Shown: positions 1 through 9,817, counted from the stretch's first letter. The stretch: DNA of 64,000 nucleotides from a virus (IMGVR_UViG_3300011008_000012:32001-96000), one strand, 5' to 3'. Program-made: numbers and translations. Notes: generated from the sequence alone by a model not told the origin.

Positions 1-2
1 AT

Positions 3-233
3 GGATGTCCAGAGTACGAGCCACACATTATTTTCGGGTCATCAAGACTGACAGAGCAGGAACAAAAGATAGTGGATTATCTCGAAACGTGTTATACAGG
101 AGCGCGTATGATGGATGACGATTTGTATATGGTGAGATTGAGCAGGGCGCTAGCAGCCTTCAAAGCAAATCCTCTCGATCCGCCAGAAAGCATCTTTACG
201 GAGCGGTTCATTGAATCGTCTTGGAAACTGTAA
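3..233 (+). CDS. Partial hypothetical protein (5' end outside window)
   Basis: Frame 3 is open from the window edge to TAA at 231-233; no recognisable motif. Confidence 0.4.
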   Translation, partial: GCPEYEPHIIFGSSRLTEQEQKIVDYLETCYTGARMMDDDLYMVRLSRALAAFKANPLDPPESIFTERFIESSWKL

Positions 234-376
234 TGAAAGTGAAATTTTATGAAGATTGTTCCACTGAGTAAAGCAATCGACAAAGCCAAGGTTTGTAGAA
301 GAGGTTCTTGGACTAAAACTATTTCCATGCCAGAAGTTGATGCTAGATGCAATGGACATCTATAGGAGGCTAACGT

Positions 377-1192
377 ATGGCGGACGTAATCAACCTGTCG
401 GAGTTCAAAGCTCGTCAAACGATCGATGTCTCCGCATTACAGAAGAACAACAGAAAACTGCAAGCCGGTATGATCGAACCAGCGAAAGAGGTCGTGACTC
501 CTGATATTGCACCGGAGCACGCGGCGGAACCGATTAAAAGCATGGATGATATCATGCGAATATCGAAGTATCTGATATCCAAGGGACGGTACAGGGATAA
601 CATGCTGTTTATCGTCGGTATTAACTTCGGGCTGCGTGTCAGCGATCTGCGGCTCTTGCGGTTCACAAATCTTATCAACGACAATCTGACGTTCAAGGAC
701 AGCTTCCCGGTTTTTGAACAGAAGACGAGAAATACAAGAACAAGGAAAAAGAACCGCTACATAACGATCAATACAGCGGTAATCGAGGCGGTCACTCTTT
801 ATCTTGAGCATACACCGGGCATATGTCTGAGTGACTATATGTTCCGCAGTCAGTCAAGGAATAGCGGCAACAAGAACGTCCCGCTCCACAGGAGCGCAAT
901 CGACGACATATTGAAGGGGATCGCAAGAGATCTTAACCTGAACATCCATATGTCAACGCATACGCTTCGCAAGACATTCGCGTATCACCAGATGGTGATG
1001 TCAAACAACGATCCGAGAAAGCTCCTGCTTCTGTCCAAGATATTCGGCCATTCATCGGTAGCAATTACTTTGGATTACATCGGGATCACAGGCGAAGAGA
1101 TCGAGGAGGCGTACAGGAATCTCAATCTCGGAAGTGAGACATACAACTATTTAAACTCCAATATCAAAGAAGAAGAAATGTGTGCCGTATAA
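377..1192 (+). CDS. Tyrosine recombinase (XerC/D-like, phage)
   Basis: GLRVSDL, THTLRKTF and FGHSSVAITLDYIG catalytic motifs (R, H-x-x-R, H, Y); GGAGG RBS. Confidence 0.9.
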   Translation: MADVINLSEFKARQTIDVSALQKNNRKLQAGMIEPAKEVVTPDIAPEHAAEPIKSMDDIMRISKYLISKGRYRDNMLFIVGINFGLRVSDLRLLRFTNLINDNLTFKDSFPVFEQKTRNTRTRKKNRYITINTAVIEAVTLYLEHTPGICLSDYMFRSQSRNSGNKNVPLHRSAIDDILKGIARDLNLNIHMSTHTLRKTFAYHQMVMSNNDPRKLLLLSKIFGHSSVAITLDYIGITGEEIEEAYRNLNLGSETYNYLNSNIKEEEMCAV

Positions 1193-1295
1193 AGTTTTGA
1201 CGGTCATATAGGGTTTTGTTTTTATCCGACTTGTCAGGATAATAGTTTTTAAGGTATTATAAATAGTATAAATCATATATGGTGGTGATATTTCA

Positions 1296-1850
1296 ATGAT
1301 TCATGTCGGTGTAATTCTCAAAGCGCTTGCTTGGCAAGCGGTCGGAGTTGGTATGCTCACAAAGCATGGTGTTGATCACGCTCGCGCTAAGCACGCACAG
1401 ACGGTAACAAACCGGTATTATGCTCCATTGGATACGTGGTGGGCGAAATACGGGTCGTCTGTGAATGACACAAGCAAGAAGGTTCTCGACGCCTGCAAAC
1501 TTGCTTACTACGATGATTCATGGATCGATTATGTGCGCAGCGTGGTCACGCCGGATAATGAGTATATCGAAGATATGCTGAAAAACCCGAGGATGCCTCG
1601 CTATAGAAACCACGGATATCCTATGACGATGATCTACTATGCTTGCCTGGGGCAGGCGGCGAATATTACGAGGTTCGGAGATTTGCATCCTGTAAGGAGA
1701 GTCCCATCGGGGAATCTGTTCCAGCAGCAGGAAAAGCCTGTACAGGAACTTATCGTAAAGTTATTGGAAGAGCGTGGAGTTCCGGAGCTTTATTGGTACA
1801 CAGAAGATGTGGACAGCATTATGAAACGACTAGATGAGCTGTCCAGATAA
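1296..1850 (+). CDS. Hypothetical protein
   Basis: 184-aa ORF with GGTGGTG RBS and a hydrophobic N-terminus. Confidence 0.6.
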   Translation: MIHVGVILKALAWQAVGVGMLTKHGVDHARAKHAQTVTNRYYAPLDTWWAKYGSSVNDTSKKVLDACKLAYYDDSWIDYVRSVVTPDNEYIEDMLKNPRMPRYRNHGYPMTMIYYACLGQAANITRFGDLHPVRRVPSGNLFQQQEKPVQELIVKLLEERGVPELYWYTEDVDSIMKRLDELSR

Positions 1851-1862
1851 CGCAAGTAAGAC

Positions 1863-1947
1863 GCCGGCATGGTGAAATTGGCAAACACGTCGGCCTCAAG
1901 TACCGATGCCGCATGGCTTGAGAGTTCGAGTCTCTCTGCCGGCACCA
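1863..1947 (+). tRNA. tRNA-Leu(CAA)
   Basis: GCCGGCA/TGCCGGC acceptor stem, D-loop TGGCAAA, anticodon loop CTCAAGT, long variable arm, GAGAG-TTCGAGT-CTCTC T-arm, encoded CCA end. Confidence 0.93.
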
Positions 1948-2163
1948 TCCCATGGCGGCGGGGAGAATAGTCGCCCAGGAAGGTGAGAGGACAAATAAAC
2001 AAAAAGCCCCTTAGCTCACCACCACGCTCCCACCAGTTGGAAGCAGGTCGGCACGGAGACCTTAAATTCTGTGATTCCAGTGAAATTCTGAGCGTGTCCA
2101 CCATCTGGGCGCACCGTGACAGCCGGGCAGTAGAAATATCATCTGAAAACAATATGATGGAAC

Positions 2164-2187
2164 CACGGCCGACGCCGTGTTTTTTTT
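2164..2187 (+). terminator. Rho-independent terminator
   Basis: CACGGC-cgac-GCCGTG followed by T8. Confidence 0.7.
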
Positions 2188-2203
2188 GTGATGAGGTAAA
2201 ACA

Positions 2204-2575
2204 ATGGGATATTATTCTACATATGCGCTTACTTGGGAATACAAGGGAACGGACACGACACAGGCAGAGATTTCCGAAAGAATCATCAATGCCTTTGCCG
2301 ATCTTCCGTACTGGTCAGCCGGCGGCTTTGATGTTGATAGCGATGACAGCATTTATATCTCAGAAGCCAAGTGGTACGACTACAGTGAAGATATGTACGA
2401 TCTCTCCGTACAGTTCCCCGATGTGGTGTTCCACCTGTGGGGTGATGGAGAAAGTGCAGACGACCTATGGGAAGAACACTGGCAGAACGGTAAAACACAG
2501 CATTGTGCGGCGGAGATTCCGCCATATGATCCAATGAAGATGGTCGATTACAAACGGAGGTGCCGATGTCAGTAA
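2204..2575 (+). CDS. Hypothetical phage protein
   Basis: 123-aa acidic ORF with GAGG RBS. Confidence 0.65.
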   Translation: MGYYSTYALTWEYKGTDTTQAEISERIINAFADLPYWSAGGFDVDSDDSIYISEAKWYDYSEDMYDLSVQFPDVVFHLWGDGESADDLWEEHWQNGKTQHCAAEIPPYDPMKMVDYKRRCRCQ

Positions 2576-2609
2576 TGGTGTCGACCAATATATCTATAGG
2601 GAGGACGCT

Positions 2610-3311
2610 ATGTCCAGAATCTTTGTGACCGGTGATACGCATGGAGATTACGACTGGGGAAAAATCAATACGGCTAGATGGCCTGAACAGAAGAAACTCA
2701 CGAAGGACGATTACCTGATCATTGCTGGCGACTGGGGAGGTATCTGGAGTATGCCTGTCGATGAAGGCGAAAGCGCATACTGTATTGAGGTCTACAACAG
2801 CAGGAATTTCACGACGCTGTTTGTCGATGGAAACCATGACCGTCATGATTACTACGCCACACTCCCGGTCGAGGAATGGAACGGCGGCAAAATACATAGG
2901 GTGTCCGATTCCATCTTCCATCTGATGCGCGGTCAGGTTTTCAATATCGACGGACGCACCATCTTTACAATGGGAGGCGCAGACTCCGTTGATAAACTGT
3001 GGCGTAAACCTGGCGTAAGCTGGTGGCCGGAAGAAATGCCAAACATCGCCGAGTACACAGAGGCGATGGAGAATCTGGAGAGAGCCGGTTTCAATGTTGA
3101 TTACGTCATTACACATTGCTGCGGGACACAGCTCCTCCATCGAATGTATACGCACCACTCGCAGCCAGATGCGCTCACAAATTTCTTCTGGGAGCTGGAG
3201 AAGGATCATAATCTTACGTTCAAGTCGTGGTTTTTCGGGCACCATCATCAGGATGCGATATTCGATGATGGGAAATACAGATGCCTCTATCAGGACATCG
3301 TGGAGATATAA
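2610..3311 (+). CDS. Calcineurin-like metallophosphoesterase
   Basis: GDTHG, GDWG, GNHD, ITH and GHHH motifs. Confidence 0.9.
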   Translation: MSRIFVTGDTHGDYDWGKINTARWPEQKKLTKDDYLIIAGDWGGIWSMPVDEGESAYCIEVYNSRNFTTLFVDGNHDRHDYYATLPVEEWNGGKIHRVSDSIFHLMRGQVFNIDGRTIFTMGGADSVDKLWRKPGVSWWPEEMPNIAEYTEAMENLERAGFNVDYVITHCCGTQLLHRMYTHHSQPDALTNFFWELEKDHNLTFKSWFFGHHHQDAIFDDGKYRCLYQDIVEI

Positions 3312-3416
3312 CGGTACACCGAAGTCATTCTGTTTTCGCTCATCATGTGCATCCTTTTCCTGATCTATGAGACGATGGAGCTTTTCCCCGGAAACGACTG
3401 AAAATAGGAGAGTAAA

Positions 3417-3821
3417 ATGAGATTTAACGTCATCATCGCCGGATCACGCGGCTTCAATGATTATGATCTTCTTTGTATAAAATGTGATAAGTTCTTCGCA
3501 AGAAAAACGCCGACGATGATCCTCTGCGGAGAGGCAAGGGGAGCAGACGCCCTTGGACGCAGATATGCGGAAGAGCGCGGCATCGAAGTCGGCTCGTTCC
3601 CGGCTGAATGGAGTAAATACGGTAAATCTGCCGGTATGCTCCGCAATCGAGCAATGCTGGAACACGCGGATGCGCTCGTCGCGTTTTGGGACGAGCGCTC
3701 CGCAGGTACCAAACATATGATAGAAATCGCAAAAGGGAAAGGAATCCCTGTTCGCGTTGTAAAATATGCGAGTGTGAGTTTAGAACAGAAGGACGAGAAT
3801 GGGACAAGTATCGATCAGTAA
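3417..3821 (+). CDS. SLOG-family (YspA/DUF2493-like) protein
   Basis: IIAGSRGF, GEARGADALG, AGMLRNRAM and FWDERSAGTKHMI motifs. Confidence 0.8.
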   Translation: MRFNVIIAGSRGFNDYDLLCIKCDKFFARKTPTMILCGEARGADALGRRYAEERGIEVGSFPAEWSKYGKSAGMLRNRAMLEHADALVAFWDERSAGTKHMIEIAKGKGIPVRVVKYASVSLEQKDENGTSIDQ

Positions 3822-4404
3822 CGGAAATTCAAAAATGGGTTCTATCCCGAGTGTGTCACTCCCATCCATCGTAACATGCAGGGAGTGTGCGTGTCAGAAG
3901 AAATGCTATGCGCATAAACTGGAGCGGCTTCGCCCCTCTGTTCTGAACGCATATCAAAACAATCTGAGGATTTTGCGGGAAGATCCAAAAACATATTGGA
4001 GAGAAATCGAAGCGGCGATCATGATGAGCCGCTTCTTTCGTTTCCATGTATCCGGCGACATACCGGATGAAGAGTACTTCAAGCACATGGTAGAGATCGC
4101 CAAAAGGAATGAACACTGTCAGATCCTGTGCTTCACAAAGAAGTACGAGATCGTAAACAGATGGCTCGGTCAAACAAACGGGTATTTGCCAGACAATTTA
4201 CATATCGTTTTCAGCGGTTGGGTTGGCCTTGAGATGGTCAATCCATTTTTCTTGCCGGAAGCGCATGTCCGATACAAGGATGGGACGACTACGGCGAGAG
4301 ACGACGCGATGGAATGTCCGGGAAATTGTACGGACTGTGCCATAACAGACTGTGGATGTTGGGTCTTAGGACTTGGCGAGCAGGTGGTTTTCCACGAACA
4401 TTAA
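3799..4404 (+). CDS. Gp88-like Cys-rich (radical-SAM-related) phage protein
   Basis: GNSKMG...SLP..TC...C..KCYA and FRFHVSGD motifs; C-terminal CPGNCTDC cluster. Confidence 0.7.
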   Translation: MGQVSISNGNSKMGSIPSVSLPSIVTCRECACQKKCYAHKLERLRPSVLNAYQNNLRILREDPKTYWREIEAAIMMSRFFRFHVSGDIPDEEYFKHMVEIAKRNEHCQILCFTKKYEIVNRWLGQTNGYLPDNLHIVFSGWVGLEMVNPFFLPEAHVRYKDGTTTARDDAMECPGNCTDCAITDCGCWVLGLGEQVVFHEH

Positions 4405-4416
4405 AGGAGGTATGCA

Positions 4417-6645
4417 ATGAGAGTATTGCTTTTGCTGCGCGGAGCTCCTGGCTGCGGCAAGACGACATGGATCAAAGAACACGGGCTGACGCCATACGCG
4501 CTGTCCGCTGATGATATTCGTCTGATGTGCGCCGGACCGGTCATGACGGTTGACGGAGGGCGGGCGATCAATGTCACGAGCGATCAGGTGGTTTGGAATA
4601 CGCTGTTTCGCCTGCTGGAAACTCGTATGCAGAACGGCGCGTTCACGGTGATCGACGCCACGAACTCCAAAACGATCGAGATGAAGCGTTATAAAGACAT
4701 GTGCGATACATACCGGTACCGTATCTACTGCGTTGACTTCACCGGATTGCCTATCGAATGGTGCAAGGCACAGAACAAGATGCGTCCCGAGATCAAACAG
4801 GTTCCTGACGAGGCGATCGACCGTATGTACGCGAGGTTTGCCACGCAGAAGATCCCGTCCGGTATCACGGTCATCCAGCCGGATGAGCTGGATAAGATAT
4901 GGATGCGGAAGATCGATCTTTCCAACTATAAGAAGATTCATCATATCGGTGACATTCACGGATGCTGGACAGTACTTCAACAGTACTTCAATAATGAGGG
5001 GACGCTAAAAGATGATGAGTTCTACATCTTCTGCGGAGACTACATTGACCGAGGGATCGAGAATGTACAGGTGATCAACTTCCTCATGGATATTGTCGGG
5101 CGTGATAACGTACTTCTCCTTGAGGGCAATCATGAGCGTTGGCTCTGGACGTATGGATGTGATGGAGTGGCGAAATCCAAGGATTTTGAACTGCACACGA
5201 AGGCAGAACTTCAGGACGCGAAGATTGACCGAAAGGCAATGAGACAACTTTACCGGCGTATGGGACAGTGCGCTTGGTACTCATACGGTGATAAGACGGT
5301 TCTCGTAACTCATGCCGGCCTGAGCTGTATTCCAGAGAACATGACGCTCGTAGCTACTCAGCAGATGATCAAGGGCGTGGGGAACTATAACGATTTCGAG
5401 AAGGTCGCCAACGCTTTTGTTGCGAATACACCAGAGAATACATATCAAATTCACGGGCATCGGAACACAAAGCATCTGCCGGTTCAGGTGAATGAGAGAG
5501 TGTTCAATCTGGAAGGACGGGTCGAGTTTGGCGGTGAGCTCCGTGTAGTCCAGTTGTCAGCGGATGGTTTCAAGACGGTGGAAATCAAGAACACGGTTTT
5601 TCGTGAGCCGGAAGAGGTCGTTGTATATGAGCCCAAAAAGACAACGAATGTTGCTGATGTGATCCTCGAAATGCGGGAGAACAAGTACATTCAAGAGAAA
5701 CGTTACGGAGACATCTCATCCTTTAATTTCACCAAGAGCGCATTCTACGATAAGGTGTGGGACGAGCAGACGATGAAGGCACGCGGGCTTTACATTAATG
5801 TCCCAAAGGCAAAGATCGTGGCAAGAGCTTACGATAAGTTCTTCAATATCAATGAGCGCCCCGAGACGAAATTCGATATGCTGGAATCCAAGCTGGTCTT
5901 CCCGGTAACTGCGTATGTGAAAGAAAACGGGTTCCTCAGCCTGATCAGCTATGACCATGACAAGGATAATCTATTTATCACAACCAAATCCTCTCCGGAC
6001 GGAGACTACGCTGTTTGGCTGCGCGGGATTTTTGAGACGGTCGCTCCCGGTGTTCGCGAGCGCATCAAGCAATATCTGAAAGAGAATGATGTCACGATGG
6101 TCTTCGAGTGTGTGGACATGGTTCATGATCCACACATCATTGAGTATTCAGGTAACTGTCTCTACCTGCTGGACATTATCAAAAACGACCTGAAATGCAC
6201 GAAGATGCCGTATGAGCAACTGAAAGAGGTCGCCGCCGCTTTTAGCCTGCGCTGCAAGGAAAAAGCGTTCGTGCTTCATGAGTGGCCCGAATTCTTTGAC
6301 TGGTATTACGAAGTAACAGACCCGGAATACATGTACCAAGGACGCCATATCGAAGGCTTTGTAATCGAAGATTCAACAGGGTATATGATTAAGCTCAAGC
6401 TGGCTTACTACAACTTCTGGAAATTTATGCGCGGCGTTGCGCACGAGGCTATCCGCAAAGGTCATATTGACGGTAAACGTACATCAGCTCTGACGACAGC
6501 GCTTGCCAATCGTTTTTACGGTTGGGTACGCACACTCCATGACCGTGATGATGTAGACACGATCCCGAAGGATATCTGCACGCTCCGCAAGATGTTTTAC
6601 GCATCGGACGATGGGCGGGAATTCATCACGACCGAGGGTATGTAA
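4417..6645 (+). CDS. Polynucleotide kinase / metallophosphatase / Rnl1-type RNA ligase fusion
   Basis: P-loop RGAPGCGKTT plus IDATN; GDIHG, GDYIDRG and GNHE; ligase KFFN, KENG, EGFVI and KLK motifs. Confidence 0.85.
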   Translation: MRVLLLLRGAPGCGKTTWIKEHGLTPYALSADDIRLMCAGPVMTVDGGRAINVTSDQVVWNTLFRLLETRMQNGAFTVIDATNSKTIEMKRYKDMCDTYRYRIYCVDFTGLPIEWCKAQNKMRPEIKQVPDEAIDRMYARFATQKIPSGITVIQPDELDKIWMRKIDLSNYKKIHHIGDIHGCWTVLQQYFNNEGTLKDDEFYIFCGDYIDRGIENVQVINFLMDIVGRDNVLLLEGNHERWLWTYGCDGVAKSKDFELHTKAELQDAKIDRKAMRQLYRRMGQCAWYSYGDKTVLVTHAGLSCIPENMTLVATQQMIKGVGNYNDFEKVANAFVANTPENTYQIHGHRNTKHLPVQVNERVFNLEGRVEFGGELRVVQLSADGFKTVEIKNTVFREPEEVVVYEPKKTTNVADVILEMRENKYIQEKRYGDISSFNFTKSAFYDKVWDEQTMKARGLYINVPKAKIVARAYDKFFNINERPETKFDMLESKLVFPVTAYVKENGFLSLISYDHDKDNLFITTKSSPDGDYAVWLRGIFETVAPGVRERIKQYLKENDVTMVFECVDMVHDPHIIEYSGNCLYLLDIIKNDLKCTKMPYEQLKEVAAAFSLRCKEKAFVLHEWPEFFDWYYEVTDPEYMYQGRHIEGFVIEDSTGYMIKLKLAYYNFWKFMRGVAHEAIRKGHIDGKRTSALTTALANRFYGWVRTLHDRDDVDTIPKDICTLRKMFYASDDGREFITTEGM

Positions 6646-6646
6646 G

Positions 6647-7216
6647 TTGAGGCTTTTTGTATTATTTTGGGCATTCACGATGGTGCTTGGGTTGCCTATT
6701 TTCTTGCTAGATCTGTTTTGTTCAAACAGTCCAATGAGTTACAGAAAATCAAAAACGGACGGAGAGTACGATTCTTCTGTTAAATTGACATTTGATCAGT
6801 TCGCCTCTTTTTTCGCTATCAATCCTAACCGATACGAGATTGACAACGACTGGTACGCGGTTGCCTACTGTGACGAAGAGTACGAAACGAGAAGGGTTTT
6901 TTGTGAGAAAACCATCCCCAATGGAGAAAAATACATAACACTGACGTATTCTCCTACGTCACAACCGATCTACAAAGGTAAACAGCGTATATACTTCAAA
7001 AACTATTTTCAGGCCTTGAAATACAATCGCTTCAGACGAAAGGTCGAGAGGGAACTTAAACTGCGCAGAGAAATAGATAGACAAAACGCTGAGATGGAGA
7101 GCTTTGCGCAAGTCGTACAAAAAGATATCGATCGCATACAGGAGCTTGCGGGCAGAGAACGCGAGCAGGCTCTTGATGAAATGATGAACCAACTGGAAAT
7201 GATGAAAGGCAGGTGA
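6647..7216 (+). CDS. Hypothetical membrane-anchored protein
   Basis: N-terminal TM helix and C-terminal coiled coil; TTG start inferred. Confidence 0.6.
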   Translation: MRLFVLFWAFTMVLGLPIFLLDLFCSNSPMSYRKSKTDGEYDSSVKLTFDQFASFFAINPNRYEIDNDWYAVAYCDEEYETRRVFCEKTIPNGEKYITLTYSPTSQPIYKGKQRIYFKNYFQALKYNRFRRKVERELKLRREIDRQNAEMESFAQVVQKDIDRIQELAGREREQALDEMMNQLEMMKGR

Positions 7217-7794
7217 GCTACATAGCGAACTACTACATATCTGACCTACACTTCGGACATGCAAACGTCATTAAGTTTGACAACCGCCCATTCAATTCGG
7301 TGGAGGAGATGGATTTGGAACTGATGCGCCGGTGGAACTCTGTCGTCTTACCTGGGGATACAGTCTACGTTCTCGGGGATATGATATGGAAGAATGAGGC
7401 TCGCTGGCCTGAACTCCTGAAAGAGTTAAAGGGCAACAAAGTTCTTATTATTGGCAACCATGATCTGAAACACTATTCTGGGAAAGTGCGCAAGTGCTTC
7501 CAAGATATCAAGGAGCTCAAAACAATCCATGATGGCGATTACGAAGTTGTCATGTGCCATTACCCGATCCTCTTCTATCCACACAGCTACAATCCTAACA
7601 CGATCATGCTGTGCGGCCACGTTCATGTAACGAGGGAGAACCTATATCTGGAGGCTTTCCGCGATATGATACGTGCAAACTACGAGGGCGGTGGCGACAA
7701 CCGCGGACGAATTATCAATGTTGGGTGCATGATGCCGTGGATGGACTACACGCCGAGGACTCTTGAGGAAATTCTGGAAAGGACTGGTCTGTAA
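7213..7794 (+). CDS. Calcineurin-like phosphoesterase
   Basis: SDLHFGH, LGD, GNHD, CHYP and GHVH motifs. Confidence 0.9.
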   Translation: MSYIANYYISDLHFGHANVIKFDNRPFNSVEEMDLELMRRWNSVVLPGDTVYVLGDMIWKNEARWPELLKELKGNKVLIIGNHDLKHYSGKVRKCFQDIKELKTIHDGDYEVVMCHYPILFYPHSYNPNTIMLCGHVHVTRENLYLEAFRDMIRANYEGGGDNRGRIINVGCMMPWMDYTPRTLEEILERTGL

Positions 7795-8957
7795 TGATCT
7801 ACTTGGACAGCGCCGCCACGACGAAGATCGATCCGCAGGTACTTGAAGCTATGCTTCCATATCTCACAAACGAATACGGCAACGCCGGTTCTTTGCATAG
7901 CCTTGGACGAAAGGCGAGTCAGGCGATCGACCATGCGAGGGAGCAGGTAGCGAAATTCCTGAACTGCGAACCGGATCAGGTGATATTTACATCCGGCGGG
8001 AGTGAAGGGAACAATCTGGTGATCCAGGGCGTCGCTCCCTATTTGGAGAAGATCGGAAGAACCGGGATCATCACATCGATGGGCGAGCACGACAGCGTCA
8101 TTCGCGCAGTAAAAGCACTGGCTATGAAACCTGTCTTTCATACAGAGTTTTTACCCATTTTTATGGGCGGAAAGGTCAATTTGCGTGACTTTTCCAAGGA
8201 AAAACTGCTTGAAAGCGGGCTTTGCAGCATCATGTATGTCAATAACGAGCTCGGAACAGTCAATGAAATTTCGAGCATCGCGGATCTGTGCAACAGGTAT
8301 GGAGTACTGCTCCATACAGACTGTGTTCAGGCGGCCGGGACATATGAACTCGATGCCAATGAGCTGGGATGTGATTTCTTAACCATATCGGCTCATAAGA
8401 TCCACGGACCGAAAGGTGTCGGTGCGGTTTTTGCGAAAAACAAACACATTATTATGCCGATGATCTATGGCGGGTCAGAGCAGGAGTACGGTCTGAGAGG
8501 CGGTACAGAGAATGTGGCCGGTATCGTAGGCTTTGGTAAGGCGTGCGAAATTGCACAGACGGAGTTTCATGATACAGAGGTACGAATTGAGGCCGTAAAG
8601 CAACAGTTTTACACTTCGCTGATGGAATCTTTGCATCAGCTCGATCTCGATAGTGTAGTACATGTAAACGGAGACCCTGTTATCCATAAAGGGAAAATCG
8701 TGAGCTTGCGGTTCGACAGGGTGGATAGCGAGGCATTGCTTTTGATGTTGGACTCAAAGGGAGTGTGCGCCTCCGCTGGTTCCGCGTGTCACGGACACAG
8801 CTCCGAGCCGAGTCGTGTTTTGATGGCCGCAGGTCTGAGCGAAAGCGATGCCAGGAACACGATCCGTGTGTCTTTCTCTAAGAATACGACACTGGACGAC
8901 GCGGACAGCGCCGGCCAGATCATGGCGTCTTGCGTATCCGTTTTGAGAAAAATTTGA
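7794..8957 (+). CDS. iscS: Cysteine desulfurase (IscS/NifS class I)
   Basis: IYLDSAATT, SAHKIHGPKG (PLP lysine), RGGTENV and SAGSAC (catalytic Cys). Confidence 0.92.
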   Translation: MIYLDSAATTKIDPQVLEAMLPYLTNEYGNAGSLHSLGRKASQAIDHAREQVAKFLNCEPDQVIFTSGGSEGNNLVIQGVAPYLEKIGRTGIITSMGEHDSVIRAVKALAMKPVFHTEFLPIFMGGKVNLRDFSKEKLLESGLCSIMYVNNELGTVNEISSIADLCNRYGVLLHTDCVQAAGTYELDANELGCDFLTISAHKIHGPKGVGAVFAKNKHIIMPMIYGGSEQEYGLRGGTENVAGIVGFGKACEIAQTEFHDTEVRIEAVKQQFYTSLMESLHQLDLDSVVHVNGDPVIHKGKIVSLRFDRVDSEALLLMLDSKGVCASAGSACHGHSSEPSRVLMAAGLSESDARNTIRVSFSKNTTLDDADSAGQIMASCVSVLRKI

Positions 8958-8976
8958 GTTGTTAGAAATAATTACC

Positions 8977-9011
8977 GGGTCTAATCCTCTGCGCCGCAGA
9001 GGATTAGACCC
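8977..9011. repeat. Perfect 35-bp palindrome
   Basis: GGGTCTAATCCTCTGCG-C-CGCAGAGGATTAGACCC. Confidence 0.9.
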
Positions 9012-9031
9012 TGCTTGATGGGGTGTACTTA

Positions 9032-9235
9032 ATGAGATACCCACGCGGTGAGATCGTTTGGACGGGTTACTACAACAAAAACCACGAGCTCAAGTTCATT
9101 GTTACAAGTAAGCCGTTGCGCGATTATTATTTCTTATACGAAGTGGTCGATGCCGAGCTGAAGAAGCTCGGCAAAACAAGATCGCCAATGGAACTGGAAT
9201 CCAAATTCAACGTGATGGATGTTATAAGCGGGTAG
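9032..9235 (+). CDS. Small hypothetical phage protein
   Basis: ORF with GGGGTG RBS. Confidence 0.6.
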   Translation: MRYPRGEIVWTGYYNKNHELKFIVTSKPLRDYYFLYEVVDAELKKLGKTRSPMELESKFNVMDVISG

Positions 9236-9300
9236 GAACTATTTTTCTTACTCTCGCAAGGTAAAACAGATATGGGTGGCATGTAAACGAAAAAATTGAC

Positions 9301-9330
9301 TTGACATTCGACCACGGGTCGTGCTATACT
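9301..9330 (+). promoter_or_regulatory. Sigma-A promoter with palindromic spacer
   Basis: TTGACA-18 nt-TATACT with extended TG; spacer contains CGACC-acg-GGTCG. Confidence 0.7.
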
Positions 9331-9363
9331 CCGTACATAAAGCAAAGGAGTACACGCCCACAA

Positions 9364-9789
9364 ATGAATACAAGCAAGACTCCCCGCATAGGCGAGGTGT
9401 ATATGGTCCGATTTGAAGGATCTGGCAGCGAACAGACCGGAGTGCGACCAGCAGTGATATTCCAGAACAATATCGGGAATATGCACAGTCCGAATGTCAT
9501 AGTTCTTCCACTCACAAGTAAATACAAGAAGACAAATCAGCCAACGCATGTGCTGGTACCGGCGAAGGGAACCGGATTGAAGATGGACAGTATGGTTCTC
9601 TGTGAAAATCCGGTATGTATATCGAAGCAAAAGCTCCAAAAGTACATGACGACACTACCACAAGAGTATATGGCGAAGGTTGCGGAGGCAAATCTTCTGG
9701 CATCATCGGCCATATGCTATATAAACCCAGAGATACTGAAGGCTCTGTGGGAAAGGGCGGCAAGGATGAACGCAGTTCTTCCGGCATAA
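9364..9789 (+). CDS. mazF: PemK/MazF-family endoribonuclease toxin
   Basis: GEVY..GSEQTGVRPAVIFQNNIGN..SPNVIVLPLTS and PTHV..GLKMDSMVLCE; ATG at 9364 follows AAGGAG (the track's TTG at 9301 is the -35 box). Confidence 0.88.
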   Translation: MNTSKTPRIGEVYMVRFEGSGSEQTGVRPAVIFQNNIGNMHSPNVIVLPLTSKYKKTNQPTHVLVPAKGTGLKMDSMVLCENPVCISKQKLQKYMTTLPQEYMAKVAEANLLASSAICYINPEILKALWERAARMNAVLPA

Positions 9790-9817
9790 CGCCCCTACAT
9801 AGACTGGAGGTGTTGCT

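Noticed and set aside
1948-2020. tRNA-associated theta/HDV-like ribozyme
   Set aside because: Could not build the nested double pseudoknot by eye
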